From: a virus
Taxonomy: Duplodnaviria; Caudoviricetes
Strand: one strand, 5' to 3'
IMG/VR virus record: IMGVR_UViG_3300037851_000098
Location: 1 to 36,752 of that record
Length of the DNA stretch: 36,752 nucleotides
Shown here: positions 7,412-16,361 of the stretch, in pieces
How the letters are laid out: each line of letters begins with the position of its first letter
How positions within the stretch are numbered: the stretch's first letter is position 1
Made by a program: the position numbers and the translations under genes
The notes under the pieces: generated by a model
Seen by the model: the letters and a program-made list of their open reading frames with translations, nothing else
Databases searched by the model: none
Told to the model about the DNA's origin: nothing

Positions 7412-9580
7412 ATGAAACTGCCGAAGATCAAGAGTCTGCTCAAGCGTGAACCGACGCGCCTCGTGCTCGACGGGCGCGAGTTCATGCTGAAGGACGGCGT
7501 GTGGGTGCAGACAAAGGGCACCACGCTGAACTACAGCGGGCAGACGCTTCACAATTGGGGGCAGGACGCCTACAAAGGCGCGGGCGCTCCGACGAACTAC
7601 TCGCGCCCGTTCGAGCGTCACCCGCTCGTGTTCCGCGCCATCAGCGTGATCGCAGAGTCGGGCGGTGCTGTTGACCTTAAACTCTCCCGGTACACGTCGA
7701 GCGGAGAGCGCGAGGAGATCACCAGCGGCATCGAGTACGAAACGCTGATGGCCCCCAACCCCGAAATGAGCACCGACATGCTCATCTCGCAGATACTCGG
7801 CTTCATGCAGATGGCGTGCGGCGAGGCGTTCGTGCGCGTCGTGCGTTCGGGCAGCGTGCGCAGGCTCATCATCATCAACCCCGAGCGGGTCGGCATGGAA
7901 CGCCTCAAGGACGGCTCCATCCGGTTCACCATCGACGACGAGCCGGTCAATGCCAACGAGATCATTCACTTCAAGCGCGCCTTCAACCCCTACGACGACC
8001 TGCGTGGCATCGGCCCGCTTCAGGCGGCGGCGATGGTCTACATGGACGACTTTGACGTGCGGCGCTACAACCGTGATCTCGTGCAGGGCGGCGGTATGCC
8101 CGCTGGCTTTGTCTCCTTCGCCAACGGCGAGTGGCCGACCGACGAGCAGATGAAGCAGTTTCGAGATCAGATCGACAAGGCGCAGAAGTCGCAGCGCAAG
8201 ATCATCGGCATCGGCGGCGGCACTTGGCAGAGCGCTGGCATGAGCACCGAAGAACTGGCGTTCCTCGAAACCCGCAAGTTGACGTTCCGAGAGATCGGTG
8301 GCGTGTTCGGCGTACCGCCCTCAAAGTTGGGCGACTACGAGCGCGATCAGGCCGACTCGCAGGTGCAGAAACTCGACTTTTGGGATACCACGATGATCGC
8401 GCAGTTGCGCCTCTTGGCCGACATCCTGCGCCTGAACATGTGGAAGATCAGCGGCACGAGTCAGTACGCGCAGCGCGAAATCGTGCCGTACTTCGACTTC
8501 TCCGAAGTCCCCGAACTGGTGCAGCGCGAGATGGAGATGCGCAAGGCCGACCGTGACGACCTCATGGCGGGCCTGACCACGATCAACCGCGTGCTGCGCC
8601 GCCGCAACGAGGAAACCGTGCCGTGGGGAGATGTCTGGTGGAAGCCGATGGGCCTGACACCCGTGGAGGACGCGGAGAACTACGTCGACATCGACCCGAA
8701 CAGCGGCCCCGGTGCAGAAGAACCGGAGGACGACAACGCCACGGATAAGCCCACTGGCGGCGACGATACCTATACGCCGCCTGTTCCGAAGAAACACGCA
8801 AAACAACACAAGTCGGTCGATGTGACTGACAACCTTGTATGGCTCGCGTTTGTTCTGCGGACAGGCGGCTTTGAAGAACGGATGAAGGCGGCTCTCGTCC
8901 AGTCCCTCGAAGAAGTCGAGGACGAAGAGCTCAAGAGCCTCGGATTGACTACGGCAGGCGCGCGTGTGTCGCGTAATCAAATCCTGTTCGACATGAACGA
9001 GTTTATCAAGAAACTGATCTCCCGCTCGAAGCCGATTCTGCGCGATGCGCAGAACGCTGGCGGCGACCGTGGGCTTCGCATGGTCGGGGCGGGCGCTGCG
9101 TTCAAGATCGACGCGCGCGAGGCCGTCGCCTTCCTCAACAAGCAGTCGCAGCGGTTCGCTGTTCCGGTTGCCGAAACGACATGGAACAAGTTGCAGGCCT
9201 CGCTCTCCGAGGGCTTTCAGCGCGGGGAGACAGAGCGAGAACTTGCCGACCGCGTGCGCATGGTGATGAGCGTCCGACGCTACGAGGCCGCGCGCACCGC
9301 GCGCACGGAGTCGGCGGCGGCGATGAACGGCGGTATCACGCTCGGCTTCGACCAGAGCGGAACCGTCGAGTCAAAGGTATGGGTGACGGCAGGCGATGAG
9401 CACGTTCGCACCGAACCGGAAGGCGGGCACCGGGCGGCATCGGGGCAGGAGGTTCCGCTTCACGAGCACTTCGATGTCGGCGGCGAGAAACTTGAGTTCC
9501 CCGGCGACCCGAACGGAAGCGCATCGAACGTAATCAACTGCCGCTGTACCGTTGTGCCCGGCAAGATTCGGAGGGACTAG
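7412..9580 (+). CDS. HK97-type portal protein fused to a MuF (SPP1 gp7-like) minor head domain
   Basis: Portal motifs (CGEAFV, EIIHFK, DLRGIGPL, IGGVFGVPPSKLG, TINRVL); acidic linker; MuF motifs (ARTES, KVWVTAGDEHVR, FPGDP, NVINCRC). Confidence 0.9.
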   Translation: MKLPKIKSLLKREPTRLVLDGREFMLKDGVWVQTKGTTLNYSGQTLHNWGQDAYKGAGAPTNYSRPFERHPLVFRAISVIAESGGAVDLKLSRYTSSGEREEITSGIEYETLMAPNPEMSTDMLISQILGFMQMACGEAFVRVVRSGSVRRLIIINPERVGMERLKDGSIRFTIDDEPVNANEIIHFKRAFNPYDDLRGIGPLQAAAMVYMDDFDVRRYNRDLVQGGGMPAGFVSFANGEWPTDEQMKQFRDQIDKAQKSQRKIIGIGGGTWQSAGMSTEELAFLETRKLTFREIGGVFGVPPSKLGDYERDQADSQVQKLDFWDTTMIAQLRLLADILRLNMWKISGTSQYAQREIVPYFDFSEVPELVQREMEMRKADRDDLMAGLTTINRVLRRRNEETVPWGDVWWKPMGLTPVEDAENYVDIDPNSGPGAEEPEDDNATDKPTGGDDTYTPPVPKKHAKQHKSVDVTDNLVWLAFVLRTGGFEERMKAALVQSLEEVEDEELKSLGLTTAGARVSRNQILFDMNEFIKKLISRSKPILRDAQNAGGDRGLRMVGAGAAFKIDAREAVAFLNKQSQRFAVPVAETTWNKLQASLSEGFQRGETERELADRVRMVMSVRRYEAARTARTESAAAMNGGITLGFDQSGTVESKVWVTAGDEHVRTEPEGGHRAASGQEVPLHEHFDVGGEKLEFPGDPNGSASNVINCRCTVVPGKIRRD

Positions 9581-9583
9581 AAC

Positions 9584-11431
9584 ATGACCAGCACACAGAG
9601 AAGGGCAGCGGCGGTTGCGGCGATCATGCTCGGCTTGGGCGGCGCGGCCATCGGCCTCGACACGCTGCGCGATGCGCTGAACAAACTCCTGTACGGGTCG
9701 ACCGGCGAGGTCGGGAAACTGACCGTCACCGACGCGCTCAACGCGCTGGCCGACACGACCCGCCTCACCGACACCGACGCGGCGAACCTTCTCGTGTCGC
9801 GCGGCGTGGCGATGAACTTTCAGGATGCCCGCGTCGAGTTCATGGTAGCCGGTAGCGGCTTCTTCAAGGCGACGAACGAGTTTCAGGACACCGCCACGGT
9901 GGGCATGGGCGACTCGACGACCATGACGCTGATGTCCCTGTGGCGTCCGTTGCGGCTCCAGTATTCGGGCGTGATTCGGGGCGCGACGTTCTACTTGGGC
10001 GCGTTCGACTCCACGGTCACGGAGTTCTCGATTGACGTGTGGCGACGTGTGCCGGACGGCGGGGGCAAGTGCGTCCGCGTCGGCAACAGCGGCAACCTCG
10101 TCGCGCAACTGACCGCTGACACGCTCAACACGGTCGTGTTCCCCAACACCTTCAGCGCGGAGGCGGGCGATCTTGGCGCATCCTTCCGCGTGGTCGTGGC
10201 ACCGACGACCGTGCCCATCGACTCTATCCTGACCCTCTCCGACTCGGTGTGGACGTGTACCGACTCGCTGTGGACGAACACCGATTCCGCGTATGTCTGC
10301 ACCGACTCGCTGTGGACGCATACCGACTCGCTGGTGATCTGCGACTCGGGGCACTACGAAGTGACCGATTCGATGTGGGTCTGCACGCTCTGGAACAATC
10401 AGACGTGCGTGGATTCGGCGCTGGTCTACACCGATTCCTCGTTCGTCTGCGACGACACTTCCTATGTCTACACCGACTCGACTTGGGCGTGTGTGGACTC
10501 CTCGCTTGTTTACACCGACTCGACTTGGGCGTGTATCGACTCGTCCCTGTCGGTAGACTCGACGTGGGCGTGGACGGACTCGGTGGTAGTCGTTGCCGCC
10601 ATGCAACAGCCGATGTTCGCCGTGACGCAGGACTCCATGCCCGGCGACGACTTCGAGGACGATCTGTGGAACGGCCTCGTGCTCGGCGTGCGCGGCGGGT
10701 CGGCGCTTCCCGACACCTTCAACTGGTACACCAGCGCCGACACGCTTGCGGACTCGTCGGTCGTCAAGGTGCAGTTGCTCATGCAGCCGCCGCAGGCGGT
10801 CGTGTACGGCGATGCGGTCTATCTTGGCGGCGGCGCATCGTCCTCATTCGCATGGGCGGGAACAGACTCCGCGCACAAGGACACGCTGGCCGAAATCAAC
10901 TCGGTGGGGCTTGCGTCCTCGCTGATGGCGGCGAAGCCGATCACGGTAGCGAACCTATCCATCTTGGAGTACGACACGGGACTTGCCGCGTGGACGGGCC
11001 TGACCACCGACGACCAGTTGCGCTACCTCGACCGATTCGTGCTCGCGCTTGAGCCGCGCATCGCCTTCGTGCAGTTCGGCCAGAACGACTACGGGCGCGT
11101 GCCGCTCTCGCGCACGGTCACGAACATCAACGCGATGCTCGACTCGCTCGATGCACACGGCATCTACCCGATCATCTACAGCCCGGTTAAGATCAACTTG
11201 ATGAGCGCCGGATACAAGGCGTCGGTCGATTCGCTCATCATTCGCACGCTCGAAGCCTCGACGTACCGTACCTATGAGCCGCAGTTCTTGTTCATGCCCG
11301 GCATCAACTCCGTTTACAACGGCACCGGAGCATACCCGAACACGGAAGGCGCGCTTCAGACCTTGTTCGACGGAGTGCGGACGTACACGCTCACGAAGAA
11401 GATGCGCTTCGACCCGTCACCGTCACCGTAG
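9584..11431 (+). CDS. Putative exported protein with Cys-ladder repeat and inactive SGNH-like domain
   Basis: Basic plus hydrophobic N-terminus; 7-aa DS repeats; YGDA, FGQND and GAYPNTEG echo SGNH blocks I, III and V. Confidence 0.75.
   Translation: MTSTQRRAAAVAAIMLGLGGAAIGLDTLRDALNKLLYGSTGEVGKLTVTDALNALADTTRLTDTDAANLLVSRGVAMNFQDARVEFMVAGSGFFKATNEFQDTATVGMGDSTTMTLMSLWRPLRLQYSGVIRGATFYLGAFDSTVTEFSIDVWRRVPDGGGKCVRVGNSGNLVAQLTADTLNTVVFPNTFSAEAGDLGASFRVVVAPTTVPIDSILTLSDSVWTCTDSLWTNTDSAYVCTDSLWTHTDSLVICDSGHYEVTDSMWVCTLWNNQTCVDSALVYTDSSFVCDDTSYVYTDSTWACVDSSLVYTDSTWACIDSSLSVDSTWAWTDSVVVVAAMQQPMFAVTQDSMPGDDFEDDLWNGLVLGVRGGSALPDTFNWYTSADTLADSSVVKVQLLMQPPQAVVYGDAVYLGGGASSSFAWAGTDSAHKDTLAEINSVGLASSLMAAKPITVANLSILEYDTGLAAWTGLTTDDQLRYLDRFVLALEPRIAFVQFGQNDYGRVPLSRTVTNINAMLDSLDAHGIYPIIYSPVKINLMSAGYKASVDSLIIRTLEASTYRTYEPQFLFMPGINSVYNGTGAYPNTEGALQTLFDGVRTYTLTKKMRFDPSPSP
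10220..10584 (+). repeat. Coding repeat with 21/42-bp period
   Basis: ACCGACTCGCTGTGGACG at 10259 and 10301; TACACCGACTCGACTTGGGCGTGT at 10469 and 10511. Confidence 0.9.
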
Positions 11432-11440
11432 GAGGGACAA

Positions 11441-11734
11441 ATGGAACCGACCGTTTTGGCAGGGATGCAGACCGAACAAGTGTTGATGATGGGCGCAGGC
11501 GTGCTCGTGGGCGCGGTGCAGAAACACTGGTTCACCGGCAAGGCGTGGTATCGCCCCAACATCCCGAACAGCCTCATCCCGTTCATCAACACCGCGCTCG
11601 GCGCGATCATCGGGAACCTCGTGGGCGTCGGCGCGGACGCTGGCGCAATCGCCGGTATCGCCAGCGTCGGCGCGCATCAGGGCATCAAGATCGCCGCCAA
11701 GACGGTGAAGAAGCCCAACATCGGAGGGAATTGA
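11441..11734 (+). CDS. Probable holin
   Basis: 97 aa, three hydrophobic segments, IPNSLIP and GIASVGAHQGIK motifs, basic C-terminus. Confidence 0.6.
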   Translation: MEPTVLAGMQTEQVLMMGAGVLVGAVQKHWFTGKAWYRPNIPNSLIPFINTALGAIIGNLVGVGADAGAIAGIASVGAHQGIKIAAKTVKKPNIGGN

Positions 11735-12390
11735 TGGGCAGCAACATTCTCAATCTCCGCTCGCACGCGCTACGGCTTGCGGAGTTTCACGTCGAGGTCA
11801 AGAGCATCGAGGGCGACGACGATCTGCGCGTGCGCGGGTATGCGTCGACCAACGATGTCGACCGCTACGAGGACATCGTGGAGCCGTCCGCGTTCAAGTC
11901 CACGATGGACTACTACATGAAGAACGGCATCGTGCTCCTCGACCACGACCCGTCGCAGCGCATCGGCTTGCCGGTGGACTACGAGATCACCGACAAGGGA
12001 CTCGTGTTCGAGGCCAAGATCATGCGCGGCTTCCATCCCCTCGACGTGCGCGAGCGCGCGCGCACGGAGATGCAGCAGGGGATTCTCAAGGCGTTCAGCA
12101 TCGGCTTCCGCATCCTGTCCGACGAGGCAGTCCCCCGTGGGAACAAGAGCGGGCGCAGGCGCATCAAGGAACTCGAACTGTTCGAGATCAGCGCGGTCGG
12201 TATCCCGGCCAACCGCTCAACAATGTTCTCGGTGGTGAAGGGGTTGAGCACGGGCAGCGATGCCCCCATCGACCTCTACAACCGGGGGCTGTTCGTCGGC
12301 AACGACGAAACGGATGGTGACGACAAGGCACTCGCGCGGTTGCGGGAGTCGGTGTCGAATCTCAACGCAGCGCGTCGAAACGCGCGGTGA
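11734..12390 (+). CDS. HK97-family prohead protease
   Basis: GYAST..VDR, LLDHD, AFSIGF, LFEISAVGIPAN; TGATG overlap at 11732-11736. Confidence 0.93.
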   Translation: MGSNILNLRSHALRLAEFHVEVKSIEGDDDLRVRGYASTNDVDRYEDIVEPSAFKSTMDYYMKNGIVLLDHDPSQRIGLPVDYEITDKGLVFEAKIMRGFHPLDVRERARTEMQQGILKAFSIGFRILSDEAVPRGNKSGRRRIKELELFEISAVGIPANRSTMFSVVKGLSTGSDAPIDLYNRGLFVGNDETDGDDKALARLRESVSNLNAARRNAR

Positions 12391-12407
12391 CAAGGAGGAC
12401 AGCGTAT

Positions 12408-14102
12408 ATGAGTCAGAACAATGACGATCTCCGCGCGTTGGCGGCGTCTGCCGTGGACGATGCGGCTGCGACCATCAGGGAGTCGCAGAAGGCTGCGGAG
12501 GCGGCGAAGGAGTTGACGGGCGCGATCAAGGTCGCGTTCGACGATGGCTCCGGCTCGTGGCAGTCGGGCCTCAAGGCCGTCGCCACGCTTGCGAAGGAAG
12601 TCCACGAGGGCAAGTCGCTCGTGTCGAAGGAGAAGATCGCAGAGATCGTGACGGAGATCAACGAGCAGATGCACGCTGATCGCATGTCGCGCGGCCTGAT
12701 GGTCGGCGGCAAGTTCGCGTCGGAGGAAACGGCGCGCGTCACGGACACTTGGGACAAGGCGTTCGACTACACGACCTTCCAGTTCCACACCCGTCAGGTC
12801 GACCCGCGCTCGATGAAGCAGGCCGACCTCATGGAGTTGGCGATGTCGACGACTCCGCGCAACGATGTGCAGCGCGGTTTCCAGCACGCCTACATGGACT
12901 TGATGATCGTGGACGCCTACATGCGCGCGCGCAAGCGCACGAACTACCGGGGGCATCGCGCGGAACTGCCGAAAATGACGGCGCTGTGCGACTACTACCG
13001 GGCGGCGATGTGGGCCGACATCACGCAGAAGGCTGCGCTCGACCCGAACGATGTCACCGACACCGCCGATTGGGTGCCGGTGGTCACGTCCCCCGACTTC
13101 CGTGAACTGCTCACCCTCAACCTTCGGGTCGAGGCGCTGTTCGAGCACGTTCCGTACACGGGGCCGAGTGCGACGTGGACGATGCCGCTCGACAACACGA
13201 ACGCCGTGGGCGACCTCGTGCCGCCGACCGGGACGGGCGTGATGGGCTTCACCTACACCAACAGCAATCCGTTCGCTGGTTCCGACCCGATTCAGATGGG
13301 CCACGCCATCAATGACGGGAAGAAGGTCTACACCTTCCAGATGCACCGGGGCCGCGCGATGTTCAACGGCGCGCTCGACGAGGACAGCATCATCCCGATG
13401 CTGCCGCGCGCGCGCATGAACATCCTGAAGGCCATCGCCCGCGCGGGAGAGAAGGCCATCATCGACGGGCAGTATTCGGTGCCCGCCATCGACACGGGCG
13501 ACACGGCGTACTACACGGGCGGTGCCTACACGACCGCTGCGTACAACGATGCCCGTCATTCGTGGGATGGTCTGCGCAAGCACATCGCCGTGCAGACGAG
13601 TGTGGGCCTCAAGACGTGTTCCTACGACAGCAACGGGAACATCACGGTGTCGAAACTGCTCGGCAACGTCAAGTCGATGATGGGCAAGTACGGCATCAAC
13701 CCGTCCGACAATGCGTTCATCCTGTCGGTGAACGCGATCTATCACATCCTCGTGGACACCGCTGCGGTCTACACGATGGACAAGTTTGGCCCGCAGGCGA
13801 CGGTAATGACCGGAGCCATCGCGCAGGTCGGCGGCTCTCCGGTGATCGTCAGCGAGTTCGTTCGTACCGACCTCAACGCGAGCGGTATCTACGACAACTC
13901 GCTCAAGACCAAGACGGTCGCCCTCTGCGTCCACAAGCCTTCCTTCCTCGTGGTGGAGAAGCGCGGCATCGAGATCGGTGCCGACTACTACCGCGCGACG
14001 GACGTGACGGATGTGGTCGGGATGCGTCGCCTCGACTTCGGCAAGTGGCCGGGTGACGCGGAGGTCGCCGTGGCGTCCGCGTACAACATCCCGAACACCT
14101 AG
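12408..14102 (+). CDS. Major capsid protein, HK97 fold, with N-terminal helical scaffold region
   Basis: Follows the protease; SD AGGAGG; IARAGEKAIIDG, GSPVIVSE and VGMRRLDF motifs. Confidence 0.88.
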   Translation: MSQNNDDLRALAASAVDDAAATIRESQKAAEAAKELTGAIKVAFDDGSGSWQSGLKAVATLAKEVHEGKSLVSKEKIAEIVTEINEQMHADRMSRGLMVGGKFASEETARVTDTWDKAFDYTTFQFHTRQVDPRSMKQADLMELAMSTTPRNDVQRGFQHAYMDLMIVDAYMRARKRTNYRGHRAELPKMTALCDYYRAAMWADITQKAALDPNDVTDTADWVPVVTSPDFRELLTLNLRVEALFEHVPYTGPSATWTMPLDNTNAVGDLVPPTGTGVMGFTYTNSNPFAGSDPIQMGHAINDGKKVYTFQMHRGRAMFNGALDEDSIIPMLPRARMNILKAIARAGEKAIIDGQYSVPAIDTGDTAYYTGGAYTTAAYNDARHSWDGLRKHIAVQTSVGLKTCSYDSNGNITVSKLLGNVKSMMGKYGINPSDNAFILSVNAIYHILVDTAAVYTMDKFGPQATVMTGAIAQVGGSPVIVSEFVRTDLNASGIYDNSLKTKTVALCVHKPSFLVVEKRGIEIGADYYRATDVTDVVGMRRLDFGKWPGDAEVAVASAYNIPNT

Positions 14103-14121
14103 ATCGGGAACTGAACGGGAA

Positions 14122-14149
14122 GCGGGGCGGGGGGCAACCCCCGCCCCGC
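14122..14149 (+). terminator. Hairpin after the capsid gene (terminator or mRNA stabiliser)
   Basis: Perfect 12-bp stem GCGGGGCGGGGG with GCAA tetraloop; no U-tract. Confidence 0.6.
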
Positions 14150-14171
14150 ACAGGAACAACGGAGGACTTCG

Positions 14172-14399
14172 ATGGCGAAAGAAAAGAGCACGACCAGCGC
14201 GCCGGGCAAGGTTCTTGTCCGGTTCGTGGTTGGTTACTACGGCGAGGCGTTCGGGGGCATCGAGCGCATCGAGGCCGGGGAGAAGCGCGAGATCGACGCC
14301 GAACTTGCGGAGCGCATGAAGCGCGAGTACGGCGAGGGATGTCCGTTCGTCGTGGACGCGCAGAACAAGGCGATGTCGAGCGCACCCGAAACGAAGTAG
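14172..14399 (+). CDS. Small hypothetical head-associated protein
   Basis: SD GGAGG; typical post-capsid position. Confidence 0.75.
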   Translation: MAKEKSTTSAPGKVLVRFVVGYYGEAFGGIERIEAGEKREIDAELAERMKREYGEGCPFVVDAQNKAMSSAPETK

Positions 14400-14408
14400 G
14401 GAAGCATC

Positions 14409-15002
14409 ATGCTCGTGACCAATGCCGAAATCCTTGCGTGGCTGAAGTTGCCGCCCGGCACGGGTGCTGACGACATCATCGCCACGATCAACACGATGGT
14501 GACGGCTGACTGCTGCCAGTATACCGACCGCGCGCTCGAACAGTCTGAAGCGACGGAACGGTACACGGGCGACGGGGGGCCGAACATCCAGTTGAAGCGG
14601 TATCCCATCATGTCGATCACGACCCTCAAGATCGGTTCCGGCTCGGCACTGACGGAGGGATGGGACAAGGATTTCGTGGTCGACAAGGAGAGCGGCATCA
14701 TCACGCTGACCAGCGGCGGCTTCCCCGCAACGCCGCCGCAGGCCGTGGAGGTCAAGTATTACGCGGGCTACGTTGCGACGGCGACGAGTCCGACTCCACC
14801 GACCGGGGAACTGATAACGCCCGCCGACTTGAAGATGTCGCTGTGCAAGGCTGCGGCGTTCCAATACTACGCGCAGGACAAGCGGAGAGCGGGCATCGAG
14901 AGCGTGACCACGCCCGACCAGTCTGTCACCTACGTCGCTGCGGAGTACCCGCGCGACGTGCTCAACGTGTGGCGTCGGCACCGGAGGATGAATGTCGGCT
15001 AA
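14409..15002 (+). CDS. Head-tail connector (gp6-like adaptor)
   Basis: LKRYPIMSIT, VKYYAGY, PADLKMS motifs and synteny. Confidence 0.8.
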   Translation: MLVTNAEILAWLKLPPGTGADDIIATINTMVTADCCQYTDRALEQSEATERYTGDGGPNIQLKRYPIMSITTLKIGSGSALTEGWDKDFVVDKESGIITLTSGGFPATPPQAVEVKYYAGYVATATSPTPPTGELITPADLKMSLCKAAAFQYYAQDKRRAGIESVTTPDQSVTYVAAEYPRDVLNVWRRHRRMNVG

Positions 15003-15657
15003 GGGGCAGAAGGGTTTTTTGGAAAAAGGCCCGGTGAAGTTGAGCGGAAAGGGCGGCTTCACCGTCAAGATCGACACGCGCGGTTTCAAGGAACTGCACA
15101 AAGCGATGTTCAAGGGCAACGAGGAGATTCGCAGTCGCGTGCTGGTTGGAATCACGAACGCTGCCAACTATGTTCATCGTGACGTGAAGGAGAACCGGCT
15201 TCGTGGCAACCCGGTGCGAGTTCGGAGCGGACGGCTGCGCAACAGCGTCAAGACGGCCATCGACAAGCCGAACTTCACGGCGTATGTCGGCACCAACATG
15301 GTATACGCGCGCGTGATCGAGCGCGGTGGAACGATCAAGCCGAAGCGCTCGAAGTTGCTCACCATCCCGCTCGCTCCCGCGCTCACGAAGACGGGCGCTT
15401 CGCGCGGAACCGCACGAGAGGTTGGCGCGAAGTACGACGCGACATTCTGGCGGCGTGGCGCATGGGGAATCCCTGTGCTGTGGGGCGTCAAGCCGGGAAG
15501 CGCTCGGAAGCAGGGCGCTCGCCTCACCCCGCTGTTCGTTGGCGCAAAGAGCGTCACGATTCGCAAGCGGGAGCCGTTCCTGAAGTCGGTGATGGCGAAC
15601 AGCAACATGATGTTCGCCGCGCTTGAGGTACAAGTGCGAAAGGCGTTGAAACCCTGA
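14992..15657 (+). CDS. Neck or tail-completion protein (HK97 gp10 / Mu gpG-like)
   Basis: VRSGRLRNSV, VGTNMVYARVIERGG and REPFLK motifs; basic protein. Confidence 0.75.
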   Translation: MSAKGQKGFLEKGPVKLSGKGGFTVKIDTRGFKELHKAMFKGNEEIRSRVLVGITNAANYVHRDVKENRLRGNPVRVRSGRLRNSVKTAIDKPNFTAYVGTNMVYARVIERGGTIKPKRSKLLTIPLAPALTKTGASRGTAREVGAKYDATFWRRGAWGIPVLWGVKPGSARKQGARLTPLFVGAKSVTIRKREPFLKSVMANSNMMFAALEVQVRKALKP

Positions 15658-16130
15658 TGGCACCGACCATCCCGACGAGGCTGCTCATCAAGCAGTACCT
15701 TCGCACGGTGCTTTCCGGCATCGGCGGGGACGACGATTGGAACAACGCCGCCGTGGTGACAACCCCGCATCCAAGCATGGAGCAGATCGTTGGCGATGCG
15801 GACAGCCCGGTGATCTCCTATCAGGATGAGGACGAGTCGGTAGACGAGTCGCGCCGCTCCTTCTCGCACGATTACGCCACGATGGTCGTGTCCATCCGTG
15901 GCATCAAGAAGTGCCCGCTGCTCGACCCGTTCGAGGTCGAAGATCACGCGGAGAAGATGTTGAGTGACATCTGGCGGGCGGTGATGAGCAACCCCGGCAT
16001 GGGGTGTAACGCCATCGGCACGACCATCGTGTCACCGACGCATACGGTGATTATGCAGGGCACAGAGGGATGGGCAACGTGTGTGCTGACGGTGGAGATT
16101 CTTTACCGCAAGGCATACAGGGAGGCGTAG
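15657..16130 (+). CDS. Probable tail terminator
   Basis: 157 aa, acidic, TGATG-coupled, upstream of the tube gene. Confidence 0.6.
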   Translation: MAPTIPTRLLIKQYLRTVLSGIGGDDDWNNAAVVTTPHPSMEQIVGDADSPVISYQDEDESVDESRRSFSHDYATMVVSIRGIKKCPLLDPFEVEDHAEKMLSDIWRAVMSNPGMGCNAIGTTIVSPTHTVIMQGTEGWATCVLTVEILYRKAYREA

Positions 16131-16136
16131 AGAGCG

Positions 16137-16361
16137 ATGTATCGAATCATGTACGTTGGCCCGTATGAGGAGGTCGAAGTTCCGCGCATGGGCAAGTTCA
16201 AGCGCGGCGAGTCCGTCGAAGTGAGCGACGAGGACGCGGCCAAGTTCGATTACGGATTCGGGACGTGGGCATACGTCACGGAGCACTACGAGGCTCCGGT
16301 CGAGGTTGTTGACGCTGAACAGGAAGGCGCGATCAGCGCCGACAACAAGGAGGTTGACTGA
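16137..16361 (+). CDS. Hypothetical protein (74 aa)
   Basis: SD GGAGG; coupled to the next gene by TGATG. Confidence 0.75.
   Translation: MYRIMYVGPYEEVEVPRMGKFKRGESVEVSDEDAAKFDYGFGTWAYVTEHYEAPVEVVDAEQEGAISADNKEVD

Noticed and set aside
8800-11734. MuF polymorphic toxin and immunity pair
   Set aside because: MuF ends just after NCRC with no toxin domain, and the next gene is large and looks exported.
12276-15167. 963-aa antisense ORF (also 22268-24286, 4201-5451, 9371-10606, 18879-20126)
   Set aside because: Shadow frames of clear + strand genes in high-GC DNA; Arg/His/Val-rich with no motifs or SD.
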